A DNA stretch of 64,000 nucleotides from Escherichia coli (lineage in GTDB: Bacteria > Pseudomonadota > Gammaproteobacteria > Enterobacterales > Enterobacteriaceae). The notes beneath the pieces were generated by a model, which saw only the letters and a list, made by a program, of their open reading frames with translations, did no database searches and was not told where the DNA came from. The stretch lies in assembly GCA_005400705.1 (NCBI GenBank), contig GCA_005400705.1_4079.1; one strand, written 5' to 3'. Positions 55,952 to 64,000 of the stretch are shown piece after piece. Position 1 is the stretch's first letter. Every line of letters starts with the position of its first letter. Both the position numbers and the translations under genes were made by a program.

Positions 55952-56743
55952 ATGAAATTTGTTGTAACATCTGACGTACACGGTGGAACTGATTACCTCC
56001 ATAGCGGTGATTACAGTGATGTAGTACTGATCATTGCTGGTGACTTTGATGAAGTGAAGCGTAGTCGTTATCGTACTGGTATCGAATCACTGTGTAAGCA
56101 GTTCAAAAATGTAGTACTGGTTCCAGGTAATCACGAATATTATGGTTCCAATATCATCAAAACGCATAAAGTACTGTCCGATATGCAAGATGAGATTCCA
56201 AATTTCATCTTTTTGCAAAACAAATTTGTATGGCTGGATGGAGTACTGCTTGTTGGTAGTACTCTGTGGACAGACTTCGATAAAGGTAATTCTTTGACGA
56301 AGTTTGATGCTCGTCAGAAGATGAACGATTACAAACATATCCGTCATGGAACAACATCAGAGCCTTGGCGTAAGAAACTGACACCTGATGATACTGAGTT
56401 TATGCATCACAAAGATAAACAATTTATCAAAAATTCTATTGACACAGTTCGCTTTATGCATGATAATGATTTCAAGGTCATCGTGATTACTCATCACGCA
56501 CCAAGTTATCAAAGTGTTTCACCAAAATATAAAAATGATTCACTAAATGGTTGTTACTGTTCCGATATGGATCAGTACATTGAAGATTTGGGTGCTGATG
56601 TTTGGATTCATGGTCATGTTCATAGTAGCTTTGACTACCACATTGGTAAGACACGTATCATTTGTAATCCACGAGGCTATGAATCGTATAGTGGAGCTTG
56701 TGAGAATTTTTATTACAATCCTAAATTTGTATTTGAAATTTAA
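55952..56743 (+). CDS. calcineurin-like metallophosphoesterase
   Basis: ATG 55952 after GGAGG; motifs TSDVHGG, AGDFD, PGNHEYY, ITHHAP, HGHVH. Confidence 0.7.
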   Translation: MKFVVTSDVHGGTDYLHSGDYSDVVLIIAGDFDEVKRSRYRTGIESLCKQFKNVVLVPGNHEYYGSNIIKTHKVLSDMQDEIPNFIFLQNKFVWLDGVLLVGSTLWTDFDKGNSLTKFDARQKMNDYKHIRHGTTSEPWRKKLTPDDTEFMHHKDKQFIKNSIDTVRFMHDNDFKVIVITHHAPSYQSVSPKYKNDSLNGCYCSDMDQYIEDLGADVWIHGHVHSSFDYHIGKTRIICNPRGYESYSGACENFYYNPKFVFEI

Positions 56744-56761
56744 TGTGAGGATACAGTGTCA

Positions 56762-57139
56762 TTGATTTATTTTGAACTACCAGAATATACCAATTATCCA
56801 AGCCGAGTTATTTGCTCAGTTTATAGTAATGCATATCATCACTTGTTAGTGAATAGTAATAAAGCTGTGCATTATTATCGAAATAAAGAACCACGTACAT
56901 TAAAGAATCGTTATGGTTTTGACCCAACTAACACTGAAGTTGAACTCTGTGATCTGTTTGGGGAAGTAATGGTGGTGTTGAAACGAGATATTCATCTTTT
57001 CCATACATACAAACTTAATCAGTACTTTATGGAAACACTGTCTATACGTTCCCATGCTCCGATGATTAAAGTTGATTTGAATTATGTTGATGATAAATTG
57101 AAATATGATTTCATAAATTCACTTGTTTATTTGGAGTAA
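56762..57139 (+). CDS. hypothetical protein
   Basis: No ATG available; TTG 56762 eight nt after GAGGA (GTG 56756 also possible). Confidence 0.45.
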   Translation: MIYFELPEYTNYPSRVICSVYSNAYHHLLVNSNKAVHYYRNKEPRTLKNRYGFDPTNTEVELCDLFGEVMVVLKRDIHLFHTYKLNQYFMETLSIRSHAPMIKVDLNYVDDKLKYDFINSLVYLE

Positions 57140-57140
57140 T

Positions 57141-57545
57141 ATGAATATACGTTCAGTACGAATATTTTCATTTGTTGATATGAATGAAAAACACTCTTAT
57201 GTGTTTGAAACTGTCAATAAGTTAAATCCTCATACGGCAAAAATGATTGAAACCATGAAGATCTTGAGTTTGCATATAGAAGTTTACTATCTTCATGACG
57301 ATTCTGTTTTTGTATATGATGATGGATGGTATGACGGTGTGTTTTATGATGACATTAGCACTACTGCTGATTACTACTTTCTAGTGAGTAACCCACTATT
57401 CAGTACTAAAACTTTGTTTGACATTACCGATACAAGCGTGTATGATACAACTCATGTTGAGTTACTTAAGTTTGATCCAGTATTATTCAACAAAGAGACG
57501 GCGTATTGGATGACTGATTTCTTTTCAAATATTCCAGTAAAATAG
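57141..57545 (+). CDS. hypothetical protein
   Basis: ATG 57141 five nt after TGGAG. Confidence 0.55.
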   Translation: MNIRSVRIFSFVDMNEKHSYVFETVNKLNPHTAKMIETMKILSLHIEVYYLHDDSVFVYDDGWYDGVFYDDISTTADYYFLVSNPLFSTKTLFDITDTSVYDTTHVELLKFDPVLFNKETAYWMTDFFSNIPVK

Positions 57546-57546
57546 T

Positions 57547-57575
57547 TTGGACATTTTAAATCTTAGTGATATAAT
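57547..57575 (+). promoter_or_regulatory. sigma70-like promoter with extended -10 (TTGGAC-17-TGATATAAT)
   Basis: -35-like TTGGAC 57547-57552, -10 TATAAT 57570-57575 preceded by TGA; upstream of clpP RBS AGAGGAAA. Confidence 0.6.
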
Positions 57576-57609
57576 ACTCACAACAACGAAATAATAGAGG
57601 AAATTAATA

Positions 57610-58305
57610 ATGGTTGAACAATTCATGTTTGGTGGTTATGCTAATGGCGAAGTACGTAACATTTCTATTCCTTACGTAGTTGAGAAAGTTAATGGTTCAG
57701 AACGTACATATGATCTAGCATCTCGTATGATGCAAGACCGTATCATTTTCCTTGATACTGATTTCAATGATCAAATGGCACATATCATCAAACAACAATT
57801 GGTATGGTTAGACTCACAAGGTGATTCCCCTATTACATTCTACATTAGTTCACCGGGTGGTTCAGTACACGCAGGTTTGGGTATTGCAGATGTTGCTAAG
57901 TCTTGTATTTCGCCAATTCGCACTGTAGTAATGGGCTATGCAGCATCAATGGGTTGCTATACACAATCTGTTATTGGGACTAAAGGTTTCCGTTTAGGTG
58001 GTAAACGCTCATACTTCATGTGTCACCAAGTAAGTTCTGGTACACAAGGTCTAATTACAGACCAGAAGATTTCCCTACAACATTCTGATGCACTGAATAC
58101 ATTGTTGACCAAAGAAATTGCAGAAGCTGTAGGTGTATCACATGAACAATTACTAAAAGATGCTGACCGCGATTTGTGGTTAAATGCAGAAGAAGCACTT
58201 GAATATGGTGAACATGGTTTCATTGATGGTATTATTCTTGGTCCACGTAACGAAGAAGGCAAGTACTTAGTTAAGCGTCGCGGTGGTGTAGAAGAGTGGG
58301 TGTAA
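57610..58305 (+). CDS. clpP: ATP-dependent Clp protease proteolytic subunit (ClpP-like)
   Basis: ERIIFLD, ISSPGGSVHAG, GYAASMG (catalytic Ser) and downstream His (MCHQ) in ClpP order. Confidence 0.75.
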   Translation: MVEQFMFGGYANGEVRNISIPYVVEKVNGSERTYDLASRMMQDRIIFLDTDFNDQMAHIIKQQLVWLDSQGDSPITFYISSPGGSVHAGLGIADVAKSCISPIRTVVMGYAASMGCYTQSVIGTKGFRLGGKRSYFMCHQVSSGTQGLITDQKISLQHSDALNTLLTKEIAEAVGVSHEQLLKDADRDLWLNAEEALEYGEHGFIDGIILGPRNEEGKYLVKRRGGVEEWV

Positions 58306-58353
58306 GATAGATTTTGATGCCTCAATATGGGGCATCATCTTTGTGGAGATTAT

Positions 58354-58644
58354 ATGAAAGTACTAGTACGTAATAATACGGAAGTAGCAAATGTATTAGA
58401 AGATTCCGATTTTATTAATGTTGCGTTCGATCAAATTAGTGCAGTAGCACTTGAATTAAAAAATGTAGATGAATCTGAGCGTGTGCTGAATGGTTTTGCA
58501 ATTGTACTTGAATTAATGAATGAAGTACTAATTAAAAAGAACATTAATCCAGTTGATGCGGTTCAACATGCAGAAGCTGTGCGTAAAGAACACGGTACAT
58601 TCTCTGACAAAAAATACATTCAAACTGATGAGGTAAAAGAATAA
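58354..58644 (+). CDS. hypothetical small protein
   Basis: ATG 58354 after GGAG. Confidence 0.5.
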   Translation: MKVLVRNNTEVANVLEDSDFINVAFDQISAVALELKNVDESERVLNGFAIVLELMNEVLIKKNINPVDAVQHAEAVRKEHGTFSDKKYIQTDEVKE

Positions 58645-58645
58645 T

Positions 58646-59092
58646 ATGTCCAATGCACAATATAAAGATGGTTATGACGCATACAAAGCAAAAGTAGTTC
58701 TAAGTGCTGAACAGCTAAAAATGCAGCATCCATTCTATCGTCAGGGCTATCGTGCAGCACAAGCAGAAGCAATGAAGAAAAATAATGTAACTTTCCCTAC
58801 TACACTATATGATATTCCAAAACGTCCACACATTTTTAAAGCTGAATGGACTGATATTATGGCAGCGACAAAGCGTCCACGCTTTGCTAAATTACACACC
58901 GATGAAGGTCGCTGGTTGCTAATGGGGATTATGAAAGCAGTTGAGAATCAATCTCATAAGATTGTTCGTTATAAAGATGTTGTTGCTATGGTTGATAAAG
59001 CATTTGACCTTGTACTTCAATATGGTTATGATGAAGGTGTTCTAACTGTTTCTGATTGTGAAAAATATCAGTACACCCCATATCAAAAATAA
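58646..59092 (+). CDS. hypothetical protein
   Basis: 148-aa ORF followed by terminator. Confidence 0.55.
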   Translation: MSNAQYKDGYDAYKAKVVLSAEQLKMQHPFYRQGYRAAQAEAMKKNNVTFPTTLYDIPKRPHIFKAEWTDIMAATKRPRFAKLHTDEGRWLLMGIMKAVENQSHKIVRYKDVVAMVDKAFDLVLQYGYDEGVLTVSDCEKYQYTPYQK

Positions 59093-59102
59093 TATTGTGA
59101 AA

Positions 59103-59131
59103 AGGAATCCTATCATGGGATTCCTATTTTT
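59103..59131 (+). terminator. rho-independent terminator
   Basis: Hairpin AGGAATCC-tatcatg-GGATTCCT followed by T-run. Confidence 0.75.
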
Positions 59132-59218
59132 ATTGCTGTATATCAATTTTCCATTGATCATATTTTGATCTATATGAGCTAAATACCCAAGGAATCATTG
59201 TTACTAGGGTAGGTGAAT

Positions 59219-59767
59219 ATGCAGCAATATAATTTAACTGAAGAACAAAGTGATATTTTTTACCATCATATGTTTTTAATTGATGAATTTGCTTTAAAAA
59301 TTAATTCTGAAGCAATTGATATATTGAAGAAATGGTATAGTTGTTATAATAAAAACAAAAAGTGGTATTGGTTTAATAGAAATATAAAATCATTTCTAAA
59401 AACAATCACATACACTGATAGTATTGAGTTAATACATAGTTCTATTGGATATAGTTACTTAACTAAACACAACAGTACTATGATGTTATCAGGGTTTAAA
59501 GTTGAAAGAATTTCCAAGTTAACAGGTTTGTCATTAGAAACAATTCTATATGATATTGAGAAAATTTGGAAAACTATAGAATTAATGCATAAAAATATGT
59601 CATTCATATATAGAAATTATGATATATTCACTGATGTACGACAATATCATAATAAACCGTATGTATTGGATGAAAAGTACTATAATCATATGGAAGTTTG
59701 TTCTAAACTCGTTGATGATTGGAATCTAGAGGGACATAATGAAATACACACACCTAAGTATAGATGA
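59219..59767 (+). CDS. hypothetical protein
   Basis: ATG 59219; very AT-rich. Confidence 0.5.
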   Translation: MQQYNLTEEQSDIFYHHMFLIDEFALKINSEAIDILKKWYSCYNKNKKWYWFNRNIKSFLKTITYTDSIELIHSSIGYSYLTKHNSTMMLSGFKVERISKLTGLSLETILYDIEKIWKTIELMHKNMSFIYRNYDIFTDVRQYHNKPYVLDEKYYNHMEVCSKLVDDWNLEGHNEIHTPKYR

Positions 59768-60263
59768 TACTAATATCTGGTTAGATAACATAATCAAGAC
59801 ATTAGAATTAATTAAACTTACATTACAAAAAACTACAGATATTGAAATTAATATTAAAAAAGAAATATTAAACTATTATCATAGAAACAAATATAGCACG
59901 TTTATCTCTAAATTAATTTATGGATTATATGATATTGAAGATATTTGCATCGGTTACAGTACTGGTATTTGCTTCACTGTTAATGGTTTAAAAAATGATT
60001 TAAATTTCAGACTTTCCGATGAAGAGCAAAAGTTTCGTAGATTTTGTGATAATATTATGGATACAGATAAAATTACATTTGTTATTGAATTAAATCAAAC
60101 GTGGTCTACATATGCAGATAAACCATTTGAAATTAATGAAACAGATGTGTTAAACTATATTCGAGTTATGAAAATTCATGATTTGTGTAAAAACGCATTG
60201 TTAAGTATTGGAGCTTATAATGAAACATACGACTTGGTTGAAGATAGCAGAAGTAGTTGCTGA
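59739..60263 (+). CDS. hypothetical protein
   Basis: 174-aa ORF; overlaps both neighbours. Confidence 0.5.
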   Translation: MKYTHLSIDDTNIWLDNIIKTLELIKLTLQKTTDIEINIKKEILNYYHRNKYSTFISKLIYGLYDIEDICIGYSTGICFTVNGLKNDLNFRLSDEEQKFRRFCDNIMDTDKITFVIELNQTWSTYADKPFEINETDVLNYIRVMKIHDLCKNALLSIGAYNETYDLVEDSRSSC

Positions 60264-60699
60264 GGAAAGTAAATGTATTTCACAAAAAGTTGGTTGTGTT
60301 ATTGTTAAAAATAACCGAGTATTGAGTACTGGTTACAATGGTACTCCATCAAAACAACCAAATTGCTGTGATGTGAATCAACACTTAGTCAATGATGGGC
60401 GTTTTCAAGACTGGGTTAGTGATGAAGCAAAGCATGAACATCATGAGTGGAGTAATATTCATGAAATCCATGCTGAAATGAACGCTTTACTCTATAGTTC
60501 TCCTACTGAACGTCAAGGTGCTACTCTTTACACAACACTACAACCATGTTATACTTGTTCTAAGTTGATCGCAGGTAGTGGGATTTCACGTGTAATTTAT
60601 CTCAAAAATTATCCTCGTACACCACCAGAAGCTATTAAAGTACTGGAAGATGCTGGAATTATTGTTAATTGCATTTATGATAAGGGTCTTGATAAATGA
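60220..60699 (+). CDS. cd: dCMP deaminase
   Basis: Zinc-binding HAEMNAL and PCYTCSKLI motifs of cytidine/deoxycytidylate deaminases; ATG 60220 after GGAG. Confidence 0.8.
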   Translation: MKHTTWLKIAEVVAEESKCISQKVGCVIVKNNRVLSTGYNGTPSKQPNCCDVNQHLVNDGRFQDWVSDEAKHEHHEWSNIHEIHAEMNALLYSSPTERQGATLYTTLQPCYTCSKLIAGSGISRVIYLKNYPRTPPEAIKVLEDAGIIVNCIYDKGLDK

Positions 60700-60953
60700 C
60701 AGTAATAATTATTATTGCTTTTCTAATAACAGTGTTTTTCATTTTTATGTTATATATAGTTGCTATGGATGAACCTAATACTTCTTTTCGAAATTATGAA
60801 GTTCGTTTTTCTGCACAAAATAATAAGTACTATATTGTAAACTGTATACACCGTAGTGAGAAAAGGGTAACAAGTAGATTTGGATTTACCATTTATTATA
60901 AAGACCGAGTAGAAGCTGATATGATTTGTCAGAAGCTTAATACTGTAGAATAA
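60696..60953 (+). CDS. small membrane protein
   Basis: Hydrophobic N-terminus MTVIIIIAFLITVFFIFMLYIVAM; ATGA overlap. Confidence 0.55.
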   Translation: MTVIIIIAFLITVFFIFMLYIVAMDEPNTSFRNYEVRFSAQNNKYYIVNCIHRSEKRVTSRFGFTIYYKDRVEADMICQKLNTVE

Positions 60954-60981
60954 AAAAAGGAGCCGTATGGCTCCTTTTTTG
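60952..60981. terminator. bidirectional rho-independent terminator
   Basis: A-run, hairpin GGAGCC-gtat-GGCTCC, T-run; lies between convergent gene ends 60953 (+) and 60982 (-). Confidence 0.75.
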
Positions 60982-61359
60982 TTAACCAGGGAGGTTACAA
61001 TAATACAAATCCCAAGGGTGATATTTCATCGCACCAGTACTCAATTTAATTTTATGAAACTGGAATGATTCGGCAAATGCACTATCGTCAATCTTAATAC
61101 AAAAAGTGTTTTTGGCTAGAGTTGGTGCAATTTCCAATGCTGTTTTAGATGCATCTAATCTGATTTTATCTTTATCAAAACTTGTTATAGTTACAAAACG
61201 ATAAACATTAAAATCAGTGTCGATAAGATCGTAAACACAACTAGAACGTTGATTAAAGATGTTCAAGTTATATTTCAATTCACCGTTTATATTAGCTGCG
61301 GTTACACAAAACCCGCCGATATTGAATGGTAGTTTACCTTGTGCTGCGATAGCTTTCAT
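60982..61359 (-). CDS. hypothetical protein (only minus-strand gene in the window)
   Basis: 125-aa ORF with AAGGA upstream of its ATG on the minus strand; not antisense to any plus-strand gene. Confidence 0.6.
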   Translation of the reverse strand: MKAIAAQGKLPFNIGGFCVTAANINGELKYNLNIFNQRSSCVYDLIDTDFNVYRFVTITSFDKDKIRLDASKTALEIAPTLAKNTFCIKIDDSAFAESFQFHKIKLSTGAMKYHPWDLYYCNLPG

Positions 61360-61429
61360 ATTTTATTTCCTTTTTTAAATATAAGTATGAAATATATTTG
61401 TTTTTTACATCAGATGCACCATGAACTAG

Positions 61430-61458
61430 TTGACAAAACATCAGTGGTATGATATGAT
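61430..61458 (+). promoter_or_regulatory. sigma70-like promoter (TTGACA-17-TATGAT, TG-extended)
   Basis: -35 TTGACA 61430-61435, 17-nt spacer, -10 TATGAT 61453-61458 in context TGATATGAT. Confidence 0.55.
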
Positions 61459-61585
61459 CTGTTATAAACTGTACACCTTAAGTTTTATTTTTTAAAAATT
61501 TGAGTTAAGTACAGAAAAAGTTTGACTTAAGTGTTTAAGTACTATATTATTTATATCTTCCTAAACAAAATTGAGGACTTGTTAT

Positions 61586-62194
61586 ATGAAAAGACTATGG
61601 CTTGAAGTGATACAAGCAGCAATGTTTCTATTGTTAATAAATTTTCCAGCCAGTGCTGGTATTGAAAGTAAAAATGTGATAAAGTATAATCCTGAAACCC
61701 GAAATGTATATTTCATATCAGATATTACAGATGGGTCACTCAAGAGAATGATAGAGTTGTATGATAAAGAACACTATGATACCATCACAATTACATCTCC
61801 TGGTGGTGATTTTGATGCAGGTATTCGAATGGCAAACTTTGTTAGAGACAATGGGATAAATTTAATTGTTTCTAGGTATTGCAATTCAGCATGTACTGTG
61901 GTATTCTTTAGTGTATCTCCCGAAAAGCGATATATGACAAATCGCTCAGTACTGGGTCTTCATAACATTTCGATTAAAAGTAATGTTACTGATGGTGATA
62001 ATTCATTTGTATCTGTAAGACAGCTATCAACTTTTACCGAAGAAATGGCAACAAAGGTAGGTTTCCTTTTTTCACTATATGCAGCAAATGGAATCCCACC
62101 AGAAGTACTATTTAGAGTTAGTCGTTCTCGTGGTGAAGATGTTGTAATATTAACAAAACCAGAACTGGTTTTTTACGGTTCAGTCAAACAATAA
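61586..62194 (+). CDS. secreted ClpP-fold (S49/NfeD-like) serine peptidase candidate
   Basis: ATG 61586 after GAGGA; signal-peptide-like N-terminus with ASAG; ITSPGGDFDAGIRMANF ... CNSACTVVF resembles the ClpP/NfeD SPGG...AG...SA pattern. Confidence 0.4.
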   Translation: MKRLWLEVIQAAMFLLLINFPASAGIESKNVIKYNPETRNVYFISDITDGSLKRMIELYDKEHYDTITITSPGGDFDAGIRMANFVRDNGINLIVSRYCNSACTVVFFSVSPEKRYMTNRSVLGLHNISIKSNVTDGDNSFVSVRQLSTFTEEMATKVGFLFSLYAANGIPPEVLFRVSRSRGEDVVILTKPELVFYGSVKQ

Positions 62195-62264
62195 AAATAA
62201 TTAAAATAACAGGATGATTATGATGTACTTCCTTTGTTATTAATTATATTGAGATTATATAACT

Positions 62265-62525
62265 ATGACAAACATCCAAAACTTGACATCTATTATTTTT
62301 TATGCTACTGTAGTAATGTATGCTACAGTTATTTTTCTAACAGTTTTCATTTACAAAGATTATCGCAATGGCTTTATTGATCCAACTACAATGAAGTTCA
62401 ATTCAAAATTCGAAGCAATAATTTATTATGTACTATCAACTTCATACTTGGTGTGCCTAATGTTGTTAGGAGCACTAATTTATATCTTATACACAACATT
62501 ATTTGCAATTGGAGCTATTTTATGA
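62265..62525 (+). CDS. small membrane protein
   Basis: Three hydrophobic segments. Confidence 0.5.
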   Translation: MTNIQNLTSIIFYATVVMYATVIFLTVFIYKDYRNGFIDPTTMKFNSKFEAIIYYVLSTSYLVCLMLLGALIYILYTTLFAIGAIL

Positions 62526-63115
62526 CCTGTATTATTGCACACACTAACGGAGTAAGTTCTTTTATTGCTGGGGATAAGTTAGGAAGCAATGGATTTACAA
62601 AAACTGTTCAAACTGAACCAAAGGTATTCGAGAAAGAATTTATCAAGTTACATGATGATGGACTAACAAGAACTAAAGAAGTAATGGCATTGGGTTATAC
62701 TACATCATTTCGTATGGGTCAGTTGTTAAATTATAACCTTAATTTACCTGAACAAGATGCTAGTCAAACATTTTCACAATATTTGGTTCTTAAAGTTATT
62801 CCAATTATTCGTCAAATGTTTAAAGAAGAATGGGGTGCACGAGATGCATCACAAGATGTAGGTGGTGGACAATTTATCATTCTCCACAATCATACAATCT
62901 ATGAAGTTCAAGAAGACTTTTCAGTACTACAACCTAAAACAAGAATTACCGCAGTAGGTAGTGGGACATATCATGCAATTGCAGCAATGCAAGCATATAT
63001 TGAAGTTGAGAACGAATCTAAAAAACCACTACACGAACGTATCAAATCAATTTTTAAAATTGTTAGTGATAATGTAACAAGCGTAAGCGAAGAGTTTGAT
63101 GTTTTAAAATATTAA
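62522..63115 (+). CDS. HslV-like Ntn-hydrolase peptidase
   Basis: ATG 62522 in ATGA overlap; Thr at position 2 (MTCIIAHTNG...IAGD) and C-terminal ITAVGSGTYHAIAAMQAY resembling HslV GSGG...A...A. Confidence 0.5.
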   Translation: MTCIIAHTNGVSSFIAGDKLGSNGFTKTVQTEPKVFEKEFIKLHDDGLTRTKEVMALGYTTSFRMGQLLNYNLNLPEQDASQTFSQYLVLKVIPIIRQMFKEEWGARDASQDVGGGQFIILHNHTIYEVQEDFSVLQPKTRITAVGSGTYHAIAAMQAYIEVENESKKPLHERIKSIFKIVSDNVTSVSEEFDVLKY

Positions 63116-63142
63116 AAGTACTAATATTATAAGAGAGAATAG

Positions 63143-63337
63143 ATGATGGCATACACAATTTATGAATGGGTTTTGAGTTTTTTTATAGTTTTTTCTATTG
63201 TTGTAATTTATAACCATGCTAAATGCTTATATAGGGACTTGAAATCCAATGGTTATCACAAAGATAATAATTTTATGTATGCCTATCATATTGGAATCAT
63301 TCTGTTATTATCAATATATTTAATTGTTTTTTTATAA
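63143..63337 (+). CDS. small membrane protein
   Basis: Two hydrophobic segments. Confidence 0.5.
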   Translation: MMAYTIYEWVLSFFIVFSIVVIYNHAKCLYRDLKSNGYHKDNNFMYAYHIGIILLLSIYLIVFL

Positions 63338-63346
63338 GGATTGAAT

Positions 63347-64000
63347 ATGATATCAGAAAAATTTATAAGCAATGAAGGTAAAAAGCGATTACTGATTATA
63401 TCAGGTGCAGGACTTTCTGTTGAAAGTGGTATGGAACCTTTTCGATTTGATGATGGTTTGTGGGATACATTTAAAATTAATGATGTATGTAACATTGCGA
63501 GTTTAACTACAAAATATCATGTTGTTCATTCTTTCTATAATACATTACGTGTAAAATTGGGACAATGCGAACCGAATGCAATGCATTATTTTATAAAATC
63601 GTTAGAAGATCAATATGGTGATTGCTTCCTTCATATGACTTCTAACATGGACGATCTTTATACTCGTATTGGTGGTCATGAGCTTAAACTTCATGGAAAC
63701 TTGTGTGAAGTTATTGAAAATTATAGTATCAATTCCGATGATTATAATGTTATTAACTGCGGATACGAACCATACATACCAAAACATGATGTTTTTGCTA
63801 AACCAAATGTAGTAATGATTGGAGAATATCATCGTTATGTTGATGGTATTCGCTTACCAATTTACGAAGAACGAAATAATGTGTTGAAATCTCTTAATGA
63901 AAATGATACAGTTATTGTAATTGGTAGTAGCGATACAGTACTGGTATGGTCGAGATTAGCAGCAGCATTGCCATGTTATAGTGTTAATGTTAACATTCGT
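63347..64000 (+). CDS. Sir2-family NAD-dependent deacylase / ADP-ribosyltransferase (3' truncated)
   Basis: ATG 63347; open to window end; N-terminal GAGLSVESGMEPFRFDDGLWD matches the Sir2 GAGIS..SGIP.FR...GLW motif, then HMTSNMDDLY and HGNL. Confidence 0.7.
   Translation, partial: MISEKFISNEGKKRLLIISGAGLSVESGMEPFRFDDGLWDTFKINDVCNIASLTTKYHVVHSFYNTLRVKLGQCEPNAMHYFIKSLEDQYGDCFLHMTSNMDDLYTRIGGHELKLHGNLCEVIENYSINSDDYNVINCGYEPYIPKHDVFAKPNVVMIGEYHRYVDGIRLPIYEERNNVLKSLNENDTVIVIGSSDTVLVWSRLAAALPCYSVNVNIR

Overview
Gene-dense, AT-rich, almost entirely plus-strand window that reads as an accessory region of a large T4-like (jumbo) myovirus. Most of it is tandem arrays of small paralogous genes joined by ATGA/TAATG start-stop overlaps. 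Four families are visible: family A (about 23 copies, 70-90 aa, C-terminal LGT(N/D)(Y/R/H)QE motif; 1-5306, 17364-17751, 41059-41337); family B (about 50 copies, 100-285 aa, invariant acidic-(Y/F)-F-Q-x-(S/T/A)-(L/T)-(V/I) core; 3687-35245 and 42771-44035); family C (7 copies, 38754-40899); family D (about 8 dispersed copies, KY(I/L)GxxV motif). Recognisable enzymes sit in the 3' third: Dam-type N6-adenine methyltransferase, NadM-like nucleotidyltransferase, RNA ligase 1 and polynucleotide kinase/phosphatase with a GIY-YIG homing endonuclease beside them, Ser/Thr phosphatase, ATP-dependent DNA ligase, a second metallophosphoesterase, ClpP, dCMP deaminase, a secreted ClpP-fold protein, an HslV-like hydrolase and a 3'-truncated Sir2. 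Regulatory signals include nine hairpin plus T-run terminators and a recurring TGATATAAT extended -10 box, several times embedded in inverted repeats. A roughly 520-bp GC-enriched ORF-free island (35308-35830) is a candidate structured RNA. A single minus-strand gene (60982-61359) sits between a bidirectional terminator and a divergent promoter region. All calls are from reading the sequence by eye; no searches were run, so functional names rest on remembered motifs and start codons were re-chosen where an ATG with a Shine-Dalgarno was visible.
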